A stretch of DNA of 64,000 bases from NCBI GenBank assembly GCA_977017645.1, contig OZ360242.1, positions 21,390,001 through 21,454,000 on the forward strand, read 5' to 3'. Shown here piece after piece: positions 52,281 to 63,498 of this stretch (position 1 is the first letter of the stretch; every line of letters starts with the position of its first letter). The translations under genes and the position numbers were made by a program. The stretch comes from Torpedo marmorata. Its lineage: Eukaryota. The notes under the pieces are model-generated. The model was not told where the DNA came from, did no database searches, and saw nothing but the letters and a program-made list of their open reading frames with translations.

Positions 52281-55200
52281 AAATTGCTCAGAAACTATCT
52301 TGATCATAAAGTTGTAAGTTTTCACCAGTTTATTTTACGTAACCGGCAGAAACACAAGTTTGCATTGGCAAATATTGGAAACATGGACGAAACCCCCATG
52401 AATTTTGACATGATAGGCAATAGAACAGTGGAATGGAAAGGTGTGAAAACTGTGCAAACGAGGAGTACAGGACATGAAAGGACCAGGTTTACTGTGGTGT
52501 TATCGTGCATGACCGACGGGACAAAGTTAAGACCCATGGTAATCTTCAAGCGCAAACTTAAACCTAAAATAAATTTCCCAGCAGGTATTTTTGTACATTT
52601 TCATGAAAAAGGATGGATGGATGAAAATGGTGTAAAACTATGGATAGTCAATGTGTGGAACAGGCGGCCAGGCGGTTTATGGAAGGAACAGAGTTTGCTG
52701 GTCTGGGATATGTTTCGTAGCCACTTAACTGGGAAGACTAAAAGTAGATTAGCACAACATAATACTTACATGGCGGTTATCCCGGGTGGTTTGACGTCTA
52801 TATTGCAACCTCTCGATGCCTGCTTGAACAAGTCATTCAAAGACCACGTGCGTGAAGGGTGGAATACATGGATGACGAGTGCAGAAAAATCATTTACAAA
52901 AGGCGGGGCAATACGTGCTGCATCGCTTGATGTGCTGTGTGACTTCGTGCTCAAGGCACGGGACAAAGTGAAAGTAGAGACTATAATAAAATCGTTTAAA
53001 AAGTGCGGTATCTCTTGTGCAATTGATGGTACGGAAGATGATTTATTGTGGGACACTCACGACGAAGCTGAAGACGCCTCATCAGATACAGGCTGGGACC
53101 CGTGCGATGACTGTTTAAACAGTGAGACCCCGGATGTGCTTGCCGAGATCTTTGCCTCAGACGATGATAGCGAAAGTGATTTTGAAGGGTTCTAAATGTC
53201 TTGTTGTTTTCAATAAAAATGTCAATGAAAATTTGTTGCAGTCGGGTTTTTTTTTTGGTTTTTCAAGGGTCGACTTATACGCCAATCGTGTTTTCAAGGG
53301 TCGACTTATACGCCAAATCGGGTTTTCAAGGGTCGACTTATACGCCAAATCGGCGTGGACTGGTTTTTGAGCTGATTTTAAGGTCTCAAAAGTATAACCG
53401 GCGTATAAGTCGACCCCCGTTTTTTGAGAGATTTTTGAGGGTTTCAAGACTCGACTTATACGCCGAAATATACGGTATACATCTAGGAATTGAGGAGCCT
53501 GATGGCTTGGGGGAAAAAACTGTTGCACAGTCTGGACGTACGAGCCCGAGTGCTTCGGTACCTCCTTCCAGATGGCAAAAGGGAAAAAGGTTTACCAAAG
53601 GGGTGTGAGAAGTCCTTCACAATGTTTTTAGCCTTCCTCATGCATCGTGTGTTGTAGATGTCCATCATGGTGGGAAGAGAGAGACACCAATAATTTTCTC
53701 CGCTGACCCCACTATCCTCTGCAGGGTCTTTCGGTCCGAGATGGTACAGTTTCCAAACCAAGCGGTGATGCAATTGCTCAGAATACTCTCAATACATCCC
53801 CTATAGAATGTAGTAAGGATAGGGGGTGGAAGATGAACTTTCCTCAGTAGCTGTCTGACAATAACTACTGGTTAAAAAGGTGTTTATTCTGAAGGACACA
53901 TTTAGTGTGGGTCAGAATGTTGTCTAGTTATTATTTATAACAATAATTATCTACATTTCATAAAAATCTGCACAAGAAGATCAAATTTTGAAACAATAAA
54001 ATAGTAGTGTCCCTTTGGTTTTTAAAAGTCTGATGCAGAACATTTTAAATTCTTTTTGCTGTAGTTCTCTTTGAAGAATCTTGTTCAACTACTAAGAAAG
54101 CATATTTAATATGGACACTGTAAATTTTAATATCAATTTTAAACCTGAGAAATATGTGAGATACAAGAGGAATTATCAAAACAATTCAGAGTGCTGGAAA
54201 ATTAGTCAAGCTAACTTTCAGATGTTATGGTCAGGGGGTTGAACAGATTAATGAGGAAGTATACATATGCATATAAAATATTTTGCATACAAAGTCCACA
54301 AATTTTACGTCAGAGGTCTTAGAAGAGATAAAACTGATTAATCTACTGAGTATTTCATACAAACATGTAATCTCTATTACAGGAAACCTATGAACAAACT
54401 TCATCAGGATACTCAGGCATTAAACTTCACTGGAGTCGTAGAGGGAGATAAAATACTGGCAGTCTTCCCACTGAAGAAAAGATCTGGTTTAAAAAGGTGT
54501 GGTGTTTGACAGGTAATGTTTGGAGCTAGTGACAAAAGGTATTTACCGGTAATTAAGTTATCAAGGAGGAAGATTCCAAGAGAAATGCCTTTTACACATG
54601 GGACTGATGGAATGCTTTGGCACAGGGAATAAATTTAGGCAGAGTGAAACACAAAAGTCTGCAGACGCTGTGATTGTAGCAAAAACACTCCGAAATGCTG
54701 AAGGAACGCTGAAAAGACCGGCTGAGTTCCTCCAGCATTTCAGTGTGTTTTTATTAAATTTAGGCAGACCTCAGCAAACTGAGGTTGTGGATATGTGCAT
54801 GACATTCACAAGAACAAGAAAATAGTGGGAGGTGACCACCATTCAATAGGATCATGGCTGATCTATGCAGGTCTCAACTCTTCTGTGCCAATTCCCCATA
54901 ACCTCAATTCCTTGATCTTTCAAATGTCTCCACATTACATATATGGGATCAGCCTCTATTCCCCTGGGGCAGGGCAAATTCTAGAGATTCACTACCCAAG
55001 AAGAAATTTCTTTGCACCCGTTTAACATGGCCAGCCTCTTTTGTAGCTACGTCCCCTTGTCCACTGGTGAGAACGCCTCAACATCTACTCTGTCAAGGAT
55101 CTCTTGTTAGTACAAGGTCACCCCTTGTTCTTCTAAACTTAAAGGAACAGCCAGCTTTGTGGTTCCTGCTAAGAACACCTAGATCCATCTGAATTTTACT

Positions 55201-56677
55201 GATTTACAGTCTCTCTCCATATAGATAATAATCCACCCGTTGATTCCTCTTTCCAAGGTGCACTATCCCACACTAAACTCTATTCACTCAAGCTATATCC
55301 TATTCAGAATGAATGCGCTCATCACACCTTTGTTGTATTATCCACTGCCCATTTTCATATCATAGGCAACTTGGAAATCTTGCATTTCAATCCCTTCTTT
55401 AAATCATTAACAGTAAACAATTGAGGGCCATGAACCAATCCCTGGAGTACTCCATTGGCTACATCCCTCCAGCCTGGAAAAGATCTGTTCATTTCAATTT
55501 AGGGTCTTAAAGTGTGTGCCCGCCTCTCAAGTGGCACCTTGTAGAATGCCTCTTGAAAATCTTAATACACTACATCTACAGGTCTCCCTCTTCAATGGTC
55601 ACATTGTCAGCTCCAAGGTGCTGCACAGGACATTGTCAAACAAAACTTAGTGCAGCTCCACATTAAGAAATAGTATAGGACTGGAAGAGATCCTCTCTAA
55701 TATTTTTTAGGAACCAAGAATTTCGCAATTACGTGGAGTGATTGAAAACAAAAGATTTTAAAATTCATGGAGACCATTTGGTTTGGGTGGTGTGGTCACC
55801 AGTGCAGTAATGAACATGTGAACAATCACTGGACAAGCATAGACTCAGCAATGATGTTGAAGCAGTTTGCCTTTGACATGAAGTTTTCCTTCGGTAGCAC
55901 GGATAGATATATTATGTGCAGGACTGTCATTTGGGAATCCAACGAGAGAGTTTGATACATTGCTCTTGCCTCATAATATTACTAATGGTGTTAATGGATG
56001 ACTAGTTTTGAAAACATACGCCAAGACCAAATATGCTTCAGCTAATTGAAAAAAGCAAAATATATCCTAAACAGGACACAACTTAGCAGCTTCTTTGAGA
56101 CAAAAAGTAGGTCACTCAACCATTTAACCTCATTTGAATGACTCCTCAACCATCTCCCCAAAATTTATTCTTTCCATTACCCATGCGACATGTATCATTT
56201 ACTAAAAGGTCTGCTGTTACTTGCCTAGTCTACTCTGACAGTATCTCAACCCACAACTAATAAGATACACGAGCAACAGGTGCATGGATACACCACTGTC
56301 TGCTCGTTCCCCTTCAAGATGCACACCATCTTCATGAGAAATGTATCAGCATCAGAAGTACTGAACAGAGTTAATGGATATCATGCAGAAGCAGAAAATA
56401 ATTTCTTCTGAATGACTCTCCAGCCCAAGCCCAATTCATCACCCAGGGGGTCAGAGCTCTGCACTCTTTACCAATCTGGCAGCAATTTTAGAGTACACAT
56501 TCACATTTCAAATTCCCTCCAATGTCCTTCCCTATTTCTGCAACTTCCTCCAATCTAATGAGGAACCTGTTCTCTTTAGTTCTGACTTGTTGCAAATCCT
56601 TGGTCTCATAGGATTTACTGCAAAGAAACGGACCACTCATCCCAACCTGTTCATGTCAGCATTTTTGCTCCTGTATT

Positions 56678-56878
56678 AAACACGAAAATCTGTAGACACC
56701 GTGGTTGAAGTAAAAAACACAAATGCTGGAGAAGCTCAGCAGGTCAAACAGTGTCTTTTATGTAGCAAAGGTAGAAATACATAACCGACGTTTCGGGCTA
56801 GAGCCCTTCATCAAAGTATGAGAAAATGCCGGCAGGCGTCCGAACAAAGGAGTGAGGGGGGAAGGGGGGGTGGCAAAT
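56678..56878 (-). mobile_element. Penelope terminal fragment
   Basis: Near-identical to 44062-44260. Confidence 0.85.
56785..56816 (-). ncRNA. Minimal hammerhead-ribozyme-like motif
   Basis: UUGAUGAA-GGGCU-CU-AGCCC-GAAACGUC: a CUGAUGA-like box (C to U), stem II, GAAA, a palindromic ACGU and a GUC site. Confidence 0.45.
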
Positions 56879-57396
56879 GCTCCTGTGCTGCCTTTAACTT
56901 TTCTCAGCCAAATCCATCAGCATCATCCTGTGCTCATTTTTCCATTGTATGCATGCCCTGCCTCTCCTCAAATGCATCTCCCACTCACTTCAACAACTCC
57001 TAACCACTAAATGCCATCTACAAATTTACCGATGACACCACGGTCGATGGCAGAAGCACAGATGGCAATGAGGAAGCGTACAGGATTGAGATAGATCAGC
57101 TAGTTGAGTGGTGTCACAACAACAACCTTGCACTCAACGTTAGCACAACGAAGGAACCGATTGTGGACTTCAGGAGGGGGAAAATCAGGAGAACACAAAC
57201 CAGTCCTCATCGAGGGGCCAGCAGTGGAGAGGGTCACCAGCAGTGGAGAGGGTCAAGAACTTCAAATTCCTGGGTGTCAACATCTCTGAGGATCTGTCCT
57301 GGGGTCTCCGTGTTGATGCAATCACAAAGAAGGCTCATCAGCAGCCATACTTCATGAGAAGTTTGAGGAGATTTGGTATGTGTTGTGTGTGGAGGA

Positions 57397-57625
57397 AAAG
57401 GTAAAGGTAAAGGTTCCATTATTGTCACATTTAGAATGTAACATACATGAAACTCTTTAATTTTTGTCTACCGTAAGGCAGACAGAGGGTCGCTACTTTG
57501 TCCAGCGCCCCTCACAGAAACCTACAGCACCTGTGTTCCTTGGCGGTCTCCCCTCCAACTACTGACCAGTCCTGTGCCTGCTTAGCTTCTGAGATCAGAC
57601 AATCCCAGTTGTATTCAGGCTATTG
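57397..57625 (-). mobile_element. 5S rRNA-derived SINE (SINE3-type) with a Rex1-like tail
   Basis: The reverse complement of 57518-57622 (GTCTGATCTCAGAAGCTAAGCAGG...TGGTCAGTAGTTGGAGGGGAGACCGCC...GGTGCTGTAGGTTT) matches 5S rRNA including the A and C boxes. It is followed by GTCTGCCTT...TGACAATAA and (ACCTTT)3. Confidence 0.8.
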
Positions 57626-57835
57626 AGAAATGTGGCCTCCCTGCCTGTCTGGAATATTGTGGATTGCGGGTGGTCACGTGACCTCCCTGTCTGAAACTTA
57701 TTCGGAAGTCACATCACCTGTCAATCAAGGTTGGACTCCGGCCACCCATTAGTGCACACCTTGCCATTGGCTAATTTAAATCACCTAGGGTCATAATTGG
57801 CTAGAAGCACAGATTAGCACTGGTATAGAGACATC
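57626..57835 (+). mobile_element. LTR fragment
   Basis: Matches ~32005-32200. Confidence 0.7.
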
Positions 57836-59054
57836 AATGCACAGGACAGGAAAAGGCTACAGAGAGTTGTGAATTCGGCCAGCGCCATCAGGGGATCAGT
57901 TTTCACTCCATTAAGGACATCTACAAGGAGGTCTCAAGAAAGCAACCTCAATCCTCAAGGACCCTCACCACCCAGGCCATGCCCTCTTCTCAGTGCTCCC
58001 ATCAGGAAGGAGGTACAGGAGCCTGAAGATGAACACCCAACAGTACAATAAAAAGTGTCTTCCTCTCTGCCATCAGATTTCTGAATGGTCAATGAACCAG
58101 ACACTACCTCACTTTTCTCCTCTTTTGCACTAATTTATTTTTATTTTTTAAAATTAATTTATACTAATTTTGCACCTATAATGCTGCCGCAAAACAATGT
58201 ATTTTGTGACACATGTTCAGGACAATAAATTCTGATTCCTCAAGTCCTGGGATTCACATTCCTACTACTTGTAATCAAAAAGATTGTTCTTATGAATTCC
58301 TAAATAGATTTCTTGGCAATAATCTTGCATTAATAACCTCTTGTTATGCTCTTCCCTATGTCGAAAAATTTTTCCATCATGCAACTGTTGACAAGATTGA
58401 ATGACTTGCAATCATTGCAACTGTAAGTGCCAAAAAGGACAGTGTCTCTCAGCTTTTTCCTGCTCTCCTGGCAGGTAATTAGCCAATTTGTTTCACTGCA
58501 CATGATCAAGGAATGGCTAGATTCAGCAAAGGCTACAACATCAGACATCATCCCAGCTGTTGGACTAGAAACAAGGCCAAATTGTCCTTGTACCGTTATA
58601 ACATTACCAGTCAATGCAGAAAATTACCCAAATATGTCCACTTTGGGTGAACAGGACAAATCCACTGCAGCTAATTACTACCTGTTTATTCTCAAAAGTA
58701 ATGGAAGACAACAACACTTGTGCTCTCAGTGATCACATCCCTCAAATAATTTGTTCATTGTTTCCCAACCTGGGTTTGGCCAGGATCAGGAGGACCAGAG
58801 GGCAGATGAAATATGGAAACAACTGCCCAAGGTGGTGGGGACAGGCACTTTCAACATTTAAACAGCATCTGGACGAATTGCCAAAGCAGGCAGACTTGCA
58901 TTATTAGAGATGGGCATTTGTCAGTCAGCATAGACATGGTAGGACACAGGGCCTATTTCAGTGCTAAATGACTATTTGGCTACAAATCTCAATGGAATTT
59001 TTGGGGACAGATTGAAGTTGGCAAAAGAACTGGGGTGGATGCTTCCTACCTTAC

Positions 59055-59450
59055 CTCAGGCTAGGAAAATGGGAAGATGGCAAATATTGGTGGTAAGGAT
59101 CGAATAAAAATTTGGTACCAGTCACCAATTTAGAATTGCGAAGGCAGAGCATTGATCGCACCAACGTAGCTCTCACACTGACCAGCTCCCGTTCACCCCG
59201 CTCGAATCCGCCCTGAACGCAGCTTCCAAATGCAACTCCCATTCCGACTCTTCATTGATCTACTGACTACCCTTGTGCAAGTCTAGGCAAATTGCATTCG
59301 CTGCAATGCCGAGGACTATTCCGTTCCAGAGAGGTTGGCAAGTTCTTAAATTCTGGGAATTTCCATCCCAACTCTCTCCGCCCACCACCTCTTCCTTGCG
59401 TAAACCTTTCATTCCAAATGACTCAATAAAAGCTTTAGTTACGTAACCTG
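59055..59450 (-). promoter_or_regulatory. LITAF: Putative LITAF promoter and non-coding exon 1
   Basis: NF-kB consensus GGGAATTTCC (59355-59364), GC boxes (59208-59213, 59378-59383), C/EBP-like TTGCACAA (59273-59280), Inr-like TCAGT at ~59180, and a strong donor GAG|GTAAGG at 59055. Confidence 0.5.
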
Positions 59451-59621
59451 AAAGTTACAGAATAATTAAAAGTTTCACAAATGCTAACTGTGAATGATTC
59501 ACAAATTTTCACCACACCCAAAAGGAACGACCCCCTTCTCCTGTTTGGGATGGTCATTCACGCTTAAACATACTACCCAAAGTTATTTTTTTTTAAAAGC
59601 TAATTAGTTCATCGCTTGACG
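59101..59621. repeat. Direct duplication, copy 1 (~520 bp)
   Basis: Collinear and highly similar to 62102-62618. Confidence 0.92.
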
Positions 59622-59855
59622 GCACGGTTAGCGTAATGCTGTTACAGCGCCAGTGATTGGGACCGGGGTTCGAATCCCGTGCTGTCTGTAAGGAGTTTGT
59701 TCGTTCTCCCCGTGTGTGCGTGGGTTTCCCCCGGGGGCTCCGGTTTCCTCCCACCGTTCGAAACGGACCGGGGTGCAGGTTAATTGGGTGTAAATTGGGC
59801 GGCACGGACTCGTGGGCCGAACTGGCCCATTACCGTGCTGTATGTCTAAATTAAA
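59621..59855 (+). mobile_element. tRNA-derived SINE
   Basis: Same family as 4583; it abuts the duplication breakpoint. Confidence 0.85.
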
Positions 59856-60099
59856 AAATCCCTACATCAAGACTTTGTAGTAGGGCACCTCAGGGCACTG
59901 TGCCAACCCCAATCACTTTTCAACTACAACATTTCAAGTTTTCTCTCCCTTTGTTCACCTTTTCCACCCCTCTCTCACCTCATTCCATCTGCCCATCACC
60001 CACACCCCTGGGGTTCTTCTCCCCAACTCTTTCTATCCTCTCTCCCATCTGCCCATCATCCCTCCCTTATCTGGTTCCACCTATCACCTACCAGCCACT

Positions 60100-61458
60100 A
60101 GGTGTTTTCACACCGCCGACATCTAGTGTCCCGGGAAAAGTTCCAGCGAAGCCTGGACCTCCGGGTTCTTTCAGGCTGCAGCGTAACTTACCTGGAAAAG
60201 TAGCAACCAGGCAATTTAAGGGCGGTCCCGCCTCCAACGATGCGAGTGACGTGTTACGCACTCACAGGAAATGTTTCAAAAATCAACGGGCCCACTCAGG
60301 GCGGCGGCTCAATGCGAGACCCGCATTACTGTAAATGCCCAGCACTTTTTATTCCAATCTTGGGGCGGGGTTGGATTGAGAGGTTAGAGTGATCTGAGTG
60401 GTGTTATCATACACTTCACGTTTGTAAGAATGATACTGGGAGATCCCAGCACTCTACCATGGCGAGGAATTCACCAGCTCCTGAAATCCAGCGAACAACT
60501 AACCTCTGTCTCTATCTTCACTGCACCGTGTCGCCGAGAAATCCTAATGCGCACACCGACCTGTTTAATGCAACCTCCCCACTCCCACCCAACTGACTGA
60601 TCCGAGCCCAGCATTCTGCCGACAGAACGGGTTATTTACCCTTCAGCGCTATGTTTCCCTGTCCTTGTCTGACTCTCAGGATTAAAGGGAAGCGGGTCCG
60701 GGAGCTGCTGAAATGCCAACGCGGTTCCCGCTTCAGACCTTACTGAGATAAAGATGTCAGCTGTTGAACGACCGTCAGTCGGTGCTGGATTTCAGGTGAA
60801 ATATATATGTACAGTCCAGATCAAAATCATAACTAGACTCATCTGTGATGCACCTAGATATGCCTGGGGTATATCTGGGATACTCTGGGATATCATAATT
60901 GGACAGGACAATGTTTCAAAAAACAACGTGAGACCAATTTGAGATCAATGGCCGTCTTCATTACCCATAATCCCCCACAGCGGGAACCGCTCTGCCACTT
61001 TGCTAGCGCCAGGGAAACGTGGGGGATTATGGGTAATGAAGACGGCCATTGATCCCGCATTGAGTCGCTGCCACCACCGCCCTGATCTCGGTAAGCTACA
61101 AGTTTTTCAATTTTAAAATACTTTTAATATTGTGGCTTATGTCCCTTTGGCATTGTTAAAGTAACATTTATATTGTTGTATCTCTTATTTCTACTTTTAT
61201 GGGTTTTATGTGACGCAAGCACGCAGACGCTGACGTCAGTAATATTACTGGGTAAGTCATTTTCCTTTTCAGACTGCCAGAGGTCGACTGGTGGGTTAAA
61301 TTGGCCGGGCTCCGAGACTACCTCCGACTAGGTCTCGGAGCCCGGTCGATTTTGACCCGCCATGCCAGGTTGGCCCTTTTCAAATTGGACATTTTACCGG
61401 TAAGTTCCCAGGAAATCGGACGGTCTGCCCACATGAACTCTGCGGTGTGAAAACACCT
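60100..61458. mobile_element. Non-autonomous TIR transposon, probably PIF/Harbinger
   Basis: Perfect 17-bp TIR AGGTGTTTTCACACCGC with a 3-bp ACT TSD (alternatively TA). It is inserted in a Penelope-like remnant and has no transposase ORF. Confidence 0.75.
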
Positions 61459-61828
61459 ACTGTCTTATCTCTTCCTCTCACTGCTATATAACTGCCCATC
61501 TTCCTTCTGCACCTTGTCTCAACTTGAAATGTCTGCCATCACAAGTTCCACAGATGCTGCTTGATCCGCTGAGTCTGCCAGCAGTTTTTTTTTTCAGGGT
61601 GGGGGTGGGTCTGTGGTGAATACCAGAAGCCTATGCGATGCTGCTAATTGTGGCCGACCCAAGTTAAAACCCAGCTTCCTTCCTTTTCAATTCTATTCTT
61701 GTTGAAACAAATCCCACTTCTGGTGTTTGCTCGAAGTCCCAAGCTAATGCGTGGCAAAAAAAAATTAAATAAATAAGAGATCCAAGTTCCTTTTGCCCCA
61801 ACGCTGGTCCGTTTCACACTCCAATAAT

Positions 61829-61995
61829 GGGCGGCATGCTTAGCGCGACGCTATTACAGCGCTAGCGATCTGGGTTCGAGTCCGGCGCTGTCTGTAAGGA
61901 GTTTGTACGTTCACCCCGTGTCTAGTGTTTTCCTCCGGTTTCCTCCCACCGTTCAAAACGTACGGGGTTGTAGGGTGTAATTGGGCGGCACAAGT
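61829..61995 (+). mobile_element. tRNA-derived SINE
   Basis: Same family as 4583, with internal deletions. Confidence 0.8.
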
Positions 61996-62101
61996 CTCAA
62001 AGTTGTAAATAAAAATAAAATCACTATTCCCTCCAGCCACTCTGTGCAAATTGGTGTTGGTCTTCGGTTTCCTCTAGCAATATTGCAACGTTCCTCGGTA
62101 G

Positions 62102-62618
62102 CGAATAAAAATTTGGTACCAGTCACCAATTTAGAATTGCTAAGGCAGAGCATTGATCGCACCGACGTAGCTCTCACACTGACCAGCTCCCGTTCACCCC
62201 GCTCGACTCCGCCCTGAACGCAGCTTCCAAATGCAACTCCCCATTCCGACTCTTCATTGATCAACTGACTACCCTTGTGCAAGTCTAGGCAAATTGCATT
62301 CGCTGCAATGCCGAGGACTATTCTGTTCCAGAAAGGTTGCCAAGTTCTTAAATTCTGGGAATTTCCATCCCAACTCTCTCCGCCCACCACCTCTTCCTTG
62401 CGTAAACCTTTGATTCCAATACTCAATAAAAGTTTTAATTACATAACCTGAAAGTTACAAAAATAATAATTAAAAGTTTCACAAACGCTAACTGCGAATG
62501 ATCCGCGAATTTTAACGACACCCAACAGAAACGACCCCCTCTCCTGTTCGGGATGGTCATTCACGCTTAAACATACTACACAAAGTTTTTTTTTAACTAA
62601 TTAGTTAATCGCTTGACG
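62102..62618. repeat. Direct duplication, copy 2 (retains the NF-kB site at 62357-62366)
   Basis: Collinear with 59101-59621. Confidence 0.92.
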
Positions 62619-63269
62619 TTAATTACACGCTACTGTTATCATCGTCACCCGACTGAACCCCTTTCTGGTTTGTATTGATTCCATTCAAGAGAGATGTCCA
62701 CGATTCTCCAAGTAGTGTACGCTGTTTATGTCTTATCCTTCAGTTACCCGTGGCCGCAGGAAAGATACTACAACACTACTATTCCCACTTTAATATCCTC
62801 AGCCCAGTTTCGGAAACATTTACCCCAACAATCGTTGACTCGTAAAGAGGCACCAACTTTATTACCCATTCTAAGTTGTTTTTAAACCGAACAAAACCCA
62901 TGCAATTATTCTGTAACCTTTTAAAGTTAATGCTACACCTCTAATTAATTCTCACAACTTTAAATAGTGCACTTTTACCTTAATTATTCTTCGACCGTTT
63001 CCACTGATATCCAACCCCAAAATGAAAATTTCCTTCAGCTAGCTCCTCCTGTTGTTTGCTGTCATCAAGCTTATCATATGACTACCCAGAAGCCGATGAC
63101 GCTTGGTTTTATTGATCATGATTGAGTCTAACATTTCTATTTATGTGAACATTAACAGTAAACAGGTCTCCCTTGTTTTATGAGGAACAAGAAATCACAC
63201 TCTTCTCATTGATATGGTACCAACGCTCGCAGACAGGGAGGTTTTTTTTTAACACTTGGAATTTATTTT

Positions 63270-63498
63270 TTAAAATTTAGACAATTCAGCACAGTAACAG
63301 GGCCTTTCGGCCCACGAGCCCGTGCCACCCATACAACCCCGTACGTTTTTGAACAGTGGTAGGAAACCGGAACACCAGGAAGAAATCCACGCAGACACGG
63401 GAGAACATACAAACTCCTTTACAGACAGCGACGGATTCGAACTAAGATCGCTGGCGCTGGAACAGCGTTGCGCTGACCGCTACGCTAACCGTGCCGCC
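63270..63498 (-). mobile_element. tRNA-derived SINE
   Basis: Reverse complement of the 4583 family. Confidence 0.85.

Larger units (their letters stand above)
47232..53475 (+). mobile_element. pogo-superfamily DD35D (Passer/POGK-like) DNA transposon, complete but split by two L1s
   Basis: Perfect TIR CCGTATATTTCGGCGTATAAGTCGA and TA TSD. Transposase pieces: Brinker-like DBD 47493-47654, CENP-B HTH 48783-49041, DDE 52299-53195. Catalytic motifs NMDETP / VWD / QPLD have 35 residues between the last two Asp. Confidence 0.93.
47096..53830 (-). mobile_element. Rex1 remnant (47096-47229 tail; 53478-53830 ORF end) hosting the pogo element
   Basis: (TGACT)n tail; encodes SLLPSGRRYRSTRARTSRLCNSFFPQAIRLLN. 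Confidence 0.75.
56998..58238 (+). mobile_element. Decayed Rex1 3' half, interrupted at ~57380-57835
   Basis: YKFTDDTTV...WCHNNNLALNV motifs and a GACAATAAATTCTGATT tail. Confidence 0.8.

Noticed and set aside
57518-57622. Functional 5S rRNA gene
   Set aside because: It is diverged, eroded at the 5' end, not in an array and fused to a retroposon tail.
61953-62426. 157-aa ORF in duplicate copy 2
   Set aside because: The other copy has an in-frame stop, the ORF ends inside a SINE, and it has no recognisable domain.
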